64,000 nucleotides of DNA, from assembly GCA_043228905.1 (NCBI GenBank), contig JBHGNT010000010.1, positions 2,666,001-2,730,000 on the forward strand, written 5' to 3'. The notes beneath the pieces are model-generated. The model made no database searches. It was given only the letters and a program-made list of their open reading frames with translations, and was not told the DNA's origin. The position numbers were made by a program, and so were the translations under genes. Source of the DNA: Azolla caroliniana. Taxonomy: Eukaryota; Plantae; Polypodiophyta. This document shows, one piece after another, positions 34,376-46,744 of this stretch; the stretch's first letter is position 1; every line of letters begins with the position of its first letter.

Positions 34376-35898
34376 CCGACCAAGCTAAAAGCTGATCGGT
34401 CGAGACCAATCCAGATAGAAGTTGAGCTGGCCTAGCCGGAGGTCGAAGCAGACGAGCCGTGACACCCGATCGAGGCTGGTGAGCATAAGGAAAGGCAAGC
34501 ATGAGACGAGAAATGAGAAATGATGATAAAGGAAAGTTAGATGACCATGGAGATGGCTGAGATGAAGGTGGCACATGCAGGAGGCATGAAGCGTTATGCT
34601 CGGTAGGAGCAAAGCGAGCAATGACAACCAGACATGGCAATGCAAAGGGTGAGCGAATGATATGGTGGATCGGATGGCAACGCTGGTTTGGGTAGAAACA
34701 AGAGACATGTTCGAAGTAGAGGACAAAAAGACGGTGCGGGTGAGGCGCAAGAAAGGAGGAAATCAAAGACCAACCACCTTTGACCCCGCCACATCACTCT
34801 TTTCTTCTTGGCACATACCGGAGGATGTGCGGTTTGGTGGGGGTGGATGTCGTGATGGTGCACATCCAGTGGGAGAAAAAGTGAAAAAGTGTGGTTCCAC
34901 GCACATTACACAAATACTTGTAAAAATGAAAATAAATCAATAATAAATAATCCTAGGGCCTAATGGCATTGAGTGCGTGTAGAGGGGTGCAAATAAGATT
35001 TGAACATTGCACTTGCAAGATAGGAGGCAATTATCTTACATCCAGTGGGAGAAAAAGTGAAAAACTGTGGTTCCACGCACATTACACAAATACTTGTAAA
35101 AATGAAAATAAATCAATAATAAATAATCCTAGGGCCTAATGGCATTGAGTGCGTGTAGAGGGGTGCAAATAAGATTTGAACATTGCACTTGCAAGATAGG
35201 AGGCAATTATCTTACCACTAAAGCTACTACTAAGTGCTTTAGATTTTGTATATTTCCTTGTCATATTCAGTATTCCATAGGAAACAAACGTACAAAACCG
35301 TGTGCACAAAACCATGGATTTAAACCCATGGTTTTATGCATGTCATAAGCAAAACCGTGTGCACAAAACCATGGGTGACATTAGTTTCCTAGACTCCTAC
35401 ATACATATCGTCATCTTTTCGACAATTTCGCGAACGTCCTCCCCGGTCCAAGACCCCGGTGGTCCCACTCAAACGAAGCACGCAAGCAAAAACCGGATAC
35501 CGTCCGAACCGGATATGAGCCGAAGCGAACACCAACTGAAGTAGCCGACCAAAGTTGAGCTTGAGGGGGCGTGTTGAGAATCAAGCTCAACCTAGTCTAG
35601 TGTGTGAACACACCCTTGAGAGTGTGCACTCAAAGGTCAAAAGTCACCACTCTTGTCTACACATTAACTATGTGTCATAGAATCATATTCTATGACACAT
35701 AACTAATGAGTTTTCACATTCCCCATGACCCATGAGCTTCGGTAGTTAATGAAGAGAGAGAGTGACTATATAAAGCACTCTCCTCCTACTTTGTAATTAG
35801 TTCAGTTAATCTCCTTTGTAATATACATCGTCTTGAGTATTCTATTGTTGTTCAAATCTATCTATCTTGTGTTTCTCTTTGTCTCTCTTTGTCTCTCT

Positions 35899-35938
<40 letters not shown>

Positions 35939-35991
35939 ACACATATCTCTAGTCTATTCCGTTGCACAAGAATCACCATCGATTCTTTACA

Positions 35992-38900
35992 ACTTGCTTT
36001 TGGTTATCGAAAGTCGGCTCGCCGGGACGCAGTGCTAGATGTGAGCGCCGTGATAATGCATTTGCCTTCCCTTGTTGCTTCCCCAGACGATATGTAATTT
36101 TGAAGTCGAAACGAGTGAGGAATTGGGCCTACCGAGCTTGACGTCGATTTAACACACGAGCATTCTAAAAGTAGGCAAGGTTTTTGTGATCACTGAATAC
36201 GATGATTTGATGAGAAGACCCCTCTAGAAAATGCCTCCATTGCGTAAAAGAGTCCACTATTGCTAATAGCTCCTTATCATGAATTTCATAGTTGATTTCC
36301 GTGGCGTCAAACTTGCGTGAATGGAAAGACACAGGAAGTAGCTTTTCATCATCGCCTTGTTGAGATAGAATGCTACCTAAGGCGAAATCCGACACGTCAA
36401 CTTCAATGATGAATGGTCTTTCTAGATCAACATGAGCTAAAATAGGATCTGATGTAAATGCCTTCTTGAGACTCTCAAAAGCCATGTCCGTTACTTAAGA
36501 CCAAACGAACGATTTTCCCTTCCTGGTAAGTTGTGTGAGAGACAGAACAAGCTTTGAGTAATCCTATATGAACTTGCGGTAAAAATTGGCAAAGCCTAAA
36601 AAGCATTGCACATCTCGTAATGAATGTGGAGTTTGCCACTCTACCACCGTTTTGACCTTAGCTGGATCCATGGAGATGCCTTTAGAGGAAATGACATAGC
36701 CCAAAAATTCTACTTGGTTGCACCCGAAACTACATTTTTCTAGCTTTGCATAAAGACCATGTTCTCGAAGTCGTTTTAGTACTAACAATACATGAGAATC
36801 ATGCTCTTCTTGGGTCTTCAAATAAGCCAGTAGATCATCCAAATAGATGATCAAAAAATCATCCAAGAGATCTCGGAATATATCATTTGCCATGTGCTGG
36901 AAGACTGTTGGCGCATTGGTGAGACCGAATGGCATGGCCGTATACTCGATGTGCCCATATCCGGTACGAAACGTAGACTTCCATTCATCTGTTGATCGGA
37001 TCCGTACGAGGTTATATGTTCCTTGTAAGTCGATCTTTGTGAAGAATCTTGCACCATTGATCCGTTCTAAAAGACTTGAGATAAGGGGAAATGCATACCT
37101 ATTCATGATGGTGACTTTATTCAATCCATGGTAATCTACGACGAGACGAAGTGATCCATCCTTTTTCTTGATGAAGAAAATGGGTGCGCCGGTTGGAGAT
37201 TTCGAATATCAAATGAAACCACTTGTCAAATTCTCCTCTATATAGGCTCGAAGGACTTCTAGCTCGGTTGGTGACAAATTGTAGATCGGTCCCCATGGTG
37301 GCTCTTTTCCCGGTTGTACATCGATGGGGCAATCATACGGTCGATGGTGAGGAAGCGTATTGGCCCTTACTTTATCGAACACATCGGCATAATGACGATA
37401 CTTCTCTGGAAGTTGAACAATGGACTCCTCTTTATTGATACTGGAGGGGTTTACTGATATTGCGAAGAGAAACATTTCTTCCTTGCGTCCTTCCTCAAGC
37501 AACTGATTTAGCGAAATGGTTGCAATCTAATGAGTAGATCCTCGGGTTTGTCGACACCGTATTTCTCCTATTCTCCAATCTATGGATGGGTTATGTAATT
37601 TGAACCATGGTAATCCCAAAACAATGGGATGTTCTGGGATACTAATTATATTAAATGATACTAAACACACTAAGTTATCTAGGACAATATTAAGGGGTTC
37701 TGACTCTTCTATAATATTTCTGGAAGCAATGGGATGACCATCAATGACTACTACAGAGGTTGGACACGAGAGTTTTTTTAGGGATATCTGATGAGCTTGG
37801 GAAAAATTCCTATCCATGAAGCAAGAGTTGGCTTTGGAATCTAAGAGTGGTAAGACATGTATTGGAGGAGTACTTTTAGTACTAACCATTTCTTGAGCTA
37901 AGAACACATTGCTAACTTGCTTAGAGGAAATGGAACCACTAATGGGCTGTACAGATCTAGGGCTGTCCAACCAAACGACTCTTATTTTGGTTGGACTTAA
38001 TCGTTTAACTCTTCTTCTAGTTGACTAAGCATTTCAAATTTGTTTGAAAGGCTTGGGCTATTAGGACTATCAAACACACCTAGAGAAATAGACTCGAGTT
38101 TAGTACTATTGGTACTAGTGGTTATTTGATTTACCTGCCTTTTCGGCCGATGGGGGCAGTTCACTGCAATATGGCCCGGTCCACCGCAATAAAGACATAA
38201 TCGATTTACCATGCATCGTTGCTTTTCTTCTTCCGATAGTGGTCCGCGACGACGTGTGGTGTCGATTTCCATTGGAGTTGGAGTATTTGTTGGAGACGTA
38301 TTGAATGACACCCTTGGGAAAGGCTTTGCTACGATTGAAGCGTAGGTGGGCTCCAATCTTGTCCTTGGCATTTGAAACTAATGTTCTGAACATCGTTCGA
38401 AGAGGCGATTATCGCATCGCATCGCACGACTGATTGCTTCTGTCAATGACTTTGGCTCCTCGGGGAAAGTTAAGTAGGCCAAAACGAAATTGCTCCATTA
38501 GTGCCTGGTCATCCTAGGGAATATCGGTGGCAAGAAGACGGAAATCTACAACATAAGCCGAGGCCAGCCGCTCACCTTGGCGCAATCTTCGGATTTTGTT
38601 GATTGATGTTCTAACACTGTCGGTATCTCCAAAACAGGCTTTAAACTCAGTAATAAACTCTTTGAAATTATTTAACAAGGGAAAGCTTTTTTCTAACAGG
38701 GGGGCAAACCATGCCAAAGTCGTGCCACTAAGTAGATTGCCTACTAGTCCCACTCGTGATGCATCGGTGGGATATTGAGAAGGATGCATTTGAACGACTA
38801 ATCGTACCTGATTAAGGAATCCTCTAAACTGCGATCACGTTCCATCAAATTTCATGGGAAGGCCGATCTTGGGTTCTTTATGAACCCCTTGCGTACTGGG

Positions 38901-40814
38901 TCCTTGTTGTTGCATTGCTACTATGGTTGCTTCGAGCTGTTGCACACTGTCGTGAAGATCCGTCACTACGCGCGAATGGTGAGGCGGAACCGTCGGGGTT
39001 CTGAACCGGAAGGACTCGAAGTTGGTGCTAGCTTTAGCGAGAAAGGATTTAAGATAGATTGAAAGAGAGAGATTGAGATAAGATAGAACACTTGATTTTA
39101 GATTGAGAGAGAGATTTTGAGAGAGAAGATATATCATCAATTGGATAATGAACTTCTTACTTTTAATATTAATTTTGATATCAAGTACAAAGCTTCCAAA
39201 AAAAATTCATTAGTCCTTTCATCTTTTTGCCCCCCTCTTTTATAGATGCCCTCATGCATTTGAGGGTACAAGACATGCATAAAATGCATGTTTGCCATTT
39301 GGCGCTCATGTATTACATGTGGTGCATGATAACCATGTCACTCATTTTAGCTCTCATGTATGAGAATTTACATGTAAAGTTATAATGATAAAAATATAAT
39401 CTCTAAAGAAATGGGTTGGCTTAATGGTAAGCTTATTGCTTCCTATCTTGGAGGTGTTAAGTTCGAGTCTTGCTTACATCTTTTTCTTTTATGCACAAAA
39501 TACTATTAGGCTTTTGGACCAAATATCTTTAAGACACCATGCACCGCGATCAACCGACCCGACCGATCCGTCCGGTCCGCGTCCAACCTTGTCCGGTTGC
39601 CGGTTCCGATTTGCTTACCAGTCGGTTCCTGTTTGCTTTCCAACCAGTTCCTGTTTGCTTACCAGCCGGTTCCGGATTGCTTACTAGTTGGTTCCGGATT
39701 GCTTACCGACCGGTTTCGATTTATCGGCCGATTCCGAATTGATTTCCGACCGATTCTAGTTCCATTACCGGTCGATTCCATTTTATTGCCAATCAATTTT
39801 TGGGAATTTGGCCACATTCATCCATATAGACAAAGTGGCCAAAGTGCTCTTAGCACAAATGAAAAATAAGGGATCTCAATGTGCTTATATAGCTAGGGCC
39901 TTAACTTTCCTATCTATGTGGGATATTTCACAGTTTTATTTTTCTCTTTTTCTTTTGCAAAACTTCATACCCACATAAGTTGACACTTAGATGTCCGTTT
40001 CTTATGTAGTAAAGTGCATCCAAAAACTCTTCAAGACCTCCATCCTTTTGTAGTTTTATGTGATTTTCACACCATTGCCGAAAATATTCACGACAACGCG
40101 TAATGCTAGTTCCCCATTATGTTGCGTCTACTGCTTCTCTAAGGAGATTTGTTGAAGGTTCCCCAACAGTCGTTGATTTTCTTGTTCCAATGCGAGAAAC
40201 TTCTCTTTCAAGCATTGCAACTCCGAAAAAACGGATTGATATTCTTGAGTACTAACAGTGGCCATAATATGAGAGAAAAGATGAATAAGAGATTAATATG
40301 AAGAGAGGTAGAAGTAAGTAGATAAAGGAAGAGATGGAATGAGAGAAAAAATCGGTTCAAACTGCTAGGAGTAGTACTAAGACAGAGAAGTACTGTCAGG
40401 AACAATACTAAAACAGAGAAGGAATTAGTACTAAAAGATGAGGATTAGTACTAAGGGAGGTGTAGAACTCTCCAGGGAAGGAAAGAGTGAGTGTGAGAGA
40501 GAGATCGAGATCGAGAGAATGAGGATAACAAAAGATATATTAGGTTACGGGAATATACAATAGTAGCTAGGAGGCTTAAGACTGGCGTTGAACCGATTTG
40601 TTTGAAATAATGCCTTATGCCTCCTTTTATAATGTTCTTAGGAGTACTCTTGAAGTTTCTAGAATGTTCTAGAGAAATCTGAAATATACATCAATTTTCT
40701 ATAGTAAAACTTAAATGAAAATAATATCCTTCGTATTACAATACATAGTCTAATGGTATGAGCTCGACCTATGTAACATAAGGTCATAGGTTGGAGTCTT
40801 GCCATATCATGACA
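35992..40814 (-). mobile_element. Element H2: 5' two-thirds of a decayed H-family chromovirus (LTR 40363-40814, gag, PR, RT, RH)
   Basis: ORF fragments closely match H1 Gag and Pol; many stops; cut by G2 and solo LTR I; flank TCTGG. Confidence 0.92.
38948..40095 (-). mobile_element. Solo LTR I (1148 bp) in H2 gag
   Basis: TGTCGTGAA...TTCACGACA termini; TSD ACAC/ACGC; H2 gag rejoins across it; ~21-bp tandem repeats at 39590-39790. Orientation inferred from the TATA strand. Confidence 0.8.
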
Positions 40815-41156
40815 TCTGGCTAACAAAAGATAGTAGCTTTCCGACCGAGGCCTCCGATTCGGAGGAAATCTATCTTGGAACTCGTACATACCGATGTATG
40901 TTATGTGGATGCAAAATCTCATTCCGGTGGACAATACTTTGTTACCTTCATTGACAATTTTAGTCGTAAGTTGTGGGCTTACAGTACTAGGTGTTTTCAA
41001 GGAGTTTCAGGCAAGAGTTGAGAGAGAAATCAACCGAAAATTGAAGGCAGTCTGGACGGACAATGGAGGAGAATACCGAGGGCAATAGAGTACTGCCGAA
41101 TGCAAGGTATTTGGCTAGAGTTACATAGTGCCGAAGACGCCGGAGTTAAACAGTAT

Positions 41157-41459
41157 TGTTGAGAATCAAGCTCAACCTAGTCTAGTGTGTGAACACACCC
41201 TTGAGAGTGTGCACTCAAAAGTCAAAAGTCACCACTCTTATCTACACATTAACTATATGTCATAGAATCATATTCTATGACACATAACTAATGAGCTTTC
41301 ACATTCCCCATGACCCATGAGCTTTGGTAGTTAATGAAGAGAGAGAGTGACTATATAAAGCACTCTCCTCCTACTTTGTAACAAGTTCGGTTAATGTCCT
41401 TTGTAGTATACATTGACTTGAGTATTCTATTCTTGTTCAAATCTATCTATCTTGTGTTG

Positions 41460-41493
<34 letters not shown>

Positions 41494-44400
41494 AATACAC
41501 ACACACACTCACAACACATATCTGTAGTCTATTCCGTTGCATAAGAATCACCACCGATTCTTTACATGGTATCAGAGCGGTTTGGTAGCTCCATCTAGCC
41601 CATCCGCATGTATTGAGCTCTACGCCGACGTTCAAGAAGAATTGGCTCATCGCTATCGTAGTGCGACTACATAGCTCATATTCAAGAGAGAAGAAGAAGG
41701 AAGAAATGGGGAGCGCTCTCCCTAGCGAGAAGTTGGACCAAAAAAACTTCGCATCTTGGGAGTACAAGATGCACCAATACCTTATCGGCCAAGGCTATTG
41801 GGGTGTTACATCAAGGGAGCACAAGAAAACCGACCTGACCCGGAAGATGCCGACTACTCAACATGGGAGCAAGCGGCGAGTCGAGTAATGTATTGCTTGG
41901 CTACATGTGTTCACGACCACATGCTCGTTAACATTCGAGACGCCGAGACGCTGAAGGAAGCGTGGGAAAATCTACGAAATATTTTCGCCGCCAACACAAC
42001 CGCGAGGAAGCTTCAACTCCGCCAAGAGTTGAACAACATCCAACAATGGGACATGTCCATCACAAGCTACACCTTGAGGATCAAGGAGCTTTGTGACTCA
42101 CTCGGCTGAATAAGCGTCAATGTGGATGATGATGAGATGGTGCAAATATGCCTCAACGGCCTTGCACCACGGTTCGGATAGATGAGAACCATCGTCCTAG
42201 CAAGGGAGAATCCTCCCTCTTTCTTTGATCTTCAATCTATGTTATTAGTCGAAGAGAATCATGTTCGAAAAGGAGCAACGCCTCGGAAGGCCACATGCTC
42301 TACACGCATTCGAATGGAGGAAGAGGACGCGGCCGAGCAAGAGGCCGATTCGGCAAAGGACGAGGCGGTGGACGAGGTCCGACTTACGACAACAACTCCC
42401 AAATTCGGCAACAAGACGGAAGCCATCGAGGAACATTTGGAAGAAGGGGGAGCTTCCATTCCGGTTCGAGTCGACAAAACTGGATCGAATGCGGTTATTG
42501 CGGAAAAATCGGCCACCATGAAGAAGAGTGCCGAAAGAAGAAGCGCGAGTCGGCTAGCGACAACTCACCAATTACGCCACCAACTCCGACTATGAAGATC
42601 ATGGTAGAATGTTTGTAATGAGACATAGAGCAAATCCTATGTCGACCTCTACTTTGACTAATGCCTCCAATCCGGAAGATGTATGGTTCGTCGACTCCGG
42701 TGCTTCGAACCATACGACGTCCCATTAAGAATGGTTCAAAGACCTTCAAGAGCCGGATTGACCCGGTTATGTCGAGACTGGAGACGACACCACTCCGGCA
42801 TGTTGGAAATGTCCCATTCGGGAAAGATGGTGAACAAACTTGCATAAAAAATGTCTTACATGTACCCACCATAACGAAGAATTTGGTCTCGGTCGGCCAA
42901 ATTGTGGAGCAAGGGATGCAAGTTCGATTCAACCAAGGAGGTTGTTTCATCGAGAAGGAAGGCCGACTAATTGCTCGTGGTCGAAGGGAAGGCCAAATGT
43001 TTATCCTCGAAGCGAACGAGGTAAAATCGGCCATGTTTGCAAATGGCCTCAAACACAACACCGACATAGAGCTATTGCATAAAAGAATCGGCCATATCAA
43101 TCTCAACAAACTCAAGGCGATGCAATCGAAAGGAGTCGTCATTGGGCTCCCGACCTTCAAAGACCAAGAGATTGAAGGAGTATGTGAAGCATGCCAATTC
43201 AGCAAGCAACATCGACACCCGTTCCCGAGGGAGAGGAACGTGAGTAAAGGCCTATTGGACGTAGTCCACTCGGATGTGTGGGAACCGGCACAGACGGCTA
43301 CGTTCAGAGGATGTCGGTACTATGTTACCTTCATCGACGACTTCTCTAGATACACATGGATCTTTCCCATGAGGATGAAGAGTGAAGTGTTTACACACTT
43401 CCAAAAATTCAAAAGCGAAGTCGAAAAGACAACTGGGTGTCATGTACGATGTCTTTGGTCAGACGGAGGAAAGGAATACTTCTCCGATGCGTTCACAACA
43501 TATCTTCGAAAAGAAGGAATTCGGCGAGAATTCACTTGCCATCACACACCGCAACAAAACGGAGTGGCTGAACGAAAGAATCAGCACATCCTTGAAGTAG
43601 CACGGGCCATGATGAAAGAAAAGCACATGCCGAAGTCATACTGGGAAAAAGCGGCTAACACGGCCGTATACCTCATGAATCGGTGTACGAGATCGGGTGT
43701 GCACGAACTTACTCCGCACGAGAAGTTTTTCAGAAAGATGTCTTCGGTCAGATGGAGGAAAGGAATACTTCTCTGATGCGTTCACGGCATACCTTCGACA
43801 AGAAGGAATTAGGCGAGAATTCACTTGCCGACACACACCACAATAGAATGGTGTAGCCGAACGCATGAATCGGCACATCCTCGAAGTAGCAAGGGCCATG
43901 CTAAATGAGAAGCATATGCCCAAGTCATATTGGGCAGAAGCTGCAAATACCGCCGTCTACCTCATGAACTGGTGCACAACATCCGGAGTGCACGAGGTCA
44001 CCCCACACAAGAAATATTATGGGAAGAAGCCAGATCTATCCCATGTAAGGATATTCGGCTCCATTGCATACGTGCACATTCCCGATGAGAAGCGGCAGAA
44101 GCTTGACCCAAAATCAGAGAAGTGCATCCTCGTGGGGTACTCACAAGAGCAAAAGGGGTACAAGTGCTTCAACGCCTCTACTCGGAAGATTCGTGTAAGT
44201 CGGGATGTTGTCTTTGACGAATCGACATCATGGTACAAACCCGAGCCGACTCCTCCCGAACCATCTACGAACAACCTTGAGAACACAAAAGTTGATGATC
44301 AACTAAGGTCAATACTCGAAGAGAGTCCAATCTCAACTAGATTGAGCGAACCACAAGAGCCTCCAAGCAAACAAAGCTCATCTCGGCTGAGTCCAAAGAT

Positions 44401-46622
44401 GGACCAAGGGAAGGCCAAAATGCCGGAATATGAGGACGATCACTTCGATGACAACGAATCGACTCATTCACTCGATAGTGAGTTCGATGGATTTGATTTG
44501 CCTCTTATGAGGTCACCCAGAGTTGAGAAAGTACTCACATCGGCAAATGAGAAACTCCGTCACTCCACCCGAGAGAAGAATCCGGTTAGCCGATTCGGCT
44601 ACAATGACTATATGGCATACCACTATGCCTTTATGATGAAGGTGGCAACAGTTTGAGAACCGGAGAGCTTTGCCGAAGCCGCAAAAGATCCTCGATGGGT
44701 TGAAGCAATGAACGAGGAGATGCAAGCTCTTAGCAAGAATGAGACATGGGATCTCGTCCCTCACTCACCGCACAAGAAGGCAATTGGCTGCAGATGGATA
44801 TACAAAGTGAAGTGTAATGCCGACAATTCCGTCAACCGCTACAAAGCTCAACTTGTAGCAAAGGGCTACGCACAAACACACGGCATCGACTATGAAGAGA
44901 CCATTGCCCCGGTGGGAAAGATGACAACTGTGTGAACCGTGATAGCGTTTGCAGCAGCGAAAGGGTGGCACCTCCACCAGATGGATGTCAAGAACACTTT
45001 TCTTCAAGGCGAATTAGAAGAGGAGGTGTACATGGTACAACCACCCGACTTCGAATCCAACATTCATCCGAAAGACATATGCCAACTCAAGAAGCCTCTC
45101 TACGGCCTTAAGCAAGCACCACATGCTTGGCACTCAAAGATAACACAATATCTTCATCAAATTGGCTTCCGAATGTCAAAATCCGACAATTCTCTCTATG
45201 TAAGAAGCAATTCCGAAAGTCTGATTGTCATCATCCTATACGTGGATGATCTAGTCATTGGAGGTGAGCATCTAATCGACATCAACAAGGTCAAATCCCT
45301 CCTTTCCAACAAATTCGAGATGACAGATATGAAAGAGCTCCACTACTTCCTTGGCATCGAGGTAATTCGGACTCTATCCAAGATTATGATCTCCCAACGA
45401 CACTACATTCTCAACTTGTTATACAAGTTCGGGATGACTGAGTGCAAGTCTGTGGCAACACCTCTCGACCGAAACCTCAAACTAGATGCCAATTCTGGCA
45501 CCATAGAGTGTGAGCCGACTCAGTATCGATAACTGATCGATAGTCTTATCTACCTCACGATCACTCGACCTGACCTGACCTATCCAATCGGCCTTCTTAA
45601 CTAGTTCATGCAAACGCCACGAGATATCCATTTGGATTGTGCTAAGAGAGTGATACGATACGTGAGCGGAACGATGCACTATGGCATTCTCTATAAGTCG
45701 GCAACGCCAATTCAACTCGAGGGGTACACAGATGCCGACTGGGCAGGCTACAAAGCCGACCGACGATCAACCTCTGGTTTTGTCCTCTCCTTCGGAAGTG
45801 GAGCCATCTCCTGGAGTAGCAAGAAGCAACCAATCGTCGCTCTTTCAAGCACAGAGGCCGAATATAGGGGCACGACGTATGGCTTGAGAGGATATTAAAG
45901 GATCTGGGCGTTCCCATCAAAAATCCGATTCTCCTTTACTGCGAGCGACAACATGAACAATATTTATCTGGCTTGGAACCCGGTGTTCCACGCACACATG
46001 AAGCATATCGAAGACTTGCACTATCACTTCATTTGAGAGCGTGTTCAGGCTGGCGATGTCGACCTTCAACATATGTCTACGAATATTCAGACATTCGACA
46101 TCTTCACCAAAGCCCTAGGAGCCGACAAGCTTCGGCAATTCCTGTCAGACCTTGGGTTGATGGCCCTTGACTTGCCAAGCTTGAGGGGGAGTACAAGCGA
46201 AAACCGGATACCGTCCGAACCAGATACGAACCGGATGTACCGGATGTACCGGATATCGTCCGAACCGGATACGAGCCGAAGCGGATACGAGCCGACCAAA
46301 ATTGAGCTTGAGGGGGTGTGTTGAGAATCAAGCTCAACCTAGTCTAGTGTGTGAACACACCCTTGAGAGTGTGCACTCAAAGGTCAAAAGTCACCACTCT
46401 TATCTACACATTAACTATGTGTCATAGAATCATATTCTATGACACATAACTAATGAGCTTTCACATTCCCCATGTCCCATAAGCGTCGGTAGTTAATGAA
46501 GAGAGAGAGAGTGACTATATAAAGCACTCTCCTCCTACTTTGTAACAAGTTCGGTTAATCTCCTTTGTAATATACATTGTCTTGAGTATTCTATTCTTGT
46601 TCAAATCTATCTATCTTGTGTT

Positions 46623-46674
<52 letters not shown>

Positions 46675-46744
46675 TCTCATACACACACACAACACATATC
46701 TCTTGTTTATTCCGCTACACAAGAATCACCACCGATTCTTTACA
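41157..46744 (+). mobile_element. Element G3: full-length decayed Ty1/Copia
   Basis: LTRs 41157-41566 and 46319-46744; TSD AGTAT/GGTAT; PBS TGGTATCAGAGC (tRNA-iMet) 41567-41578; PPT before 46319. Confidence 0.95.
41706..46195 (+). pseudogene. gag-pol: Copia polyprotein of G3 (Gag, PR, INT, RT, RH), fragmented
   Basis: CGYCGKIGHHEEEC, WFVDSGAS, HSDVW-SDGG-AER, QMDVK, YVDD and YTDADWAG; many stops and frameshifts. Confidence 0.92.

Larger units (their letters stand above)
31367..35470 (+). mobile_element. Element F: non-autonomous gag-only A-group element
   Basis: 5' LTR 31367-32046; PBS-Trp 32054-32068; decayed gag-like frame; PPT TTTGGTGGGGGTGGA; 3' LTR from 34848 with a 176-bp duplication and a truncated end; no pol. 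Confidence 0.85.
29905..35991 (+). mobile_element. Element G2: 3' half of a decayed Ty1/Copia (RT-RH 29905-31366, 3' LTR 35572-35991), hosting F
   Basis: Colinear with G3; YMDD, YTDADWAG and RTKHIEVHYHFIRE; internal RT deletion near 30450; PPT TTGAGGGGGCG; flank ACTTG. Confidence 0.9.

Noticed and set aside
39411-39480. Functional tRNA gene
   Set aside because: A and B boxes are present but I cannot form a convincing acceptor and anticodon stem; reported as a tRNA-like cassette instead.
39590-39790. Regular short repeats resembling a CRISPR array (also 50020-50335)
   Set aside because: Degenerate tandem units without unique spacers, inside LTR elements, with no cas genes.
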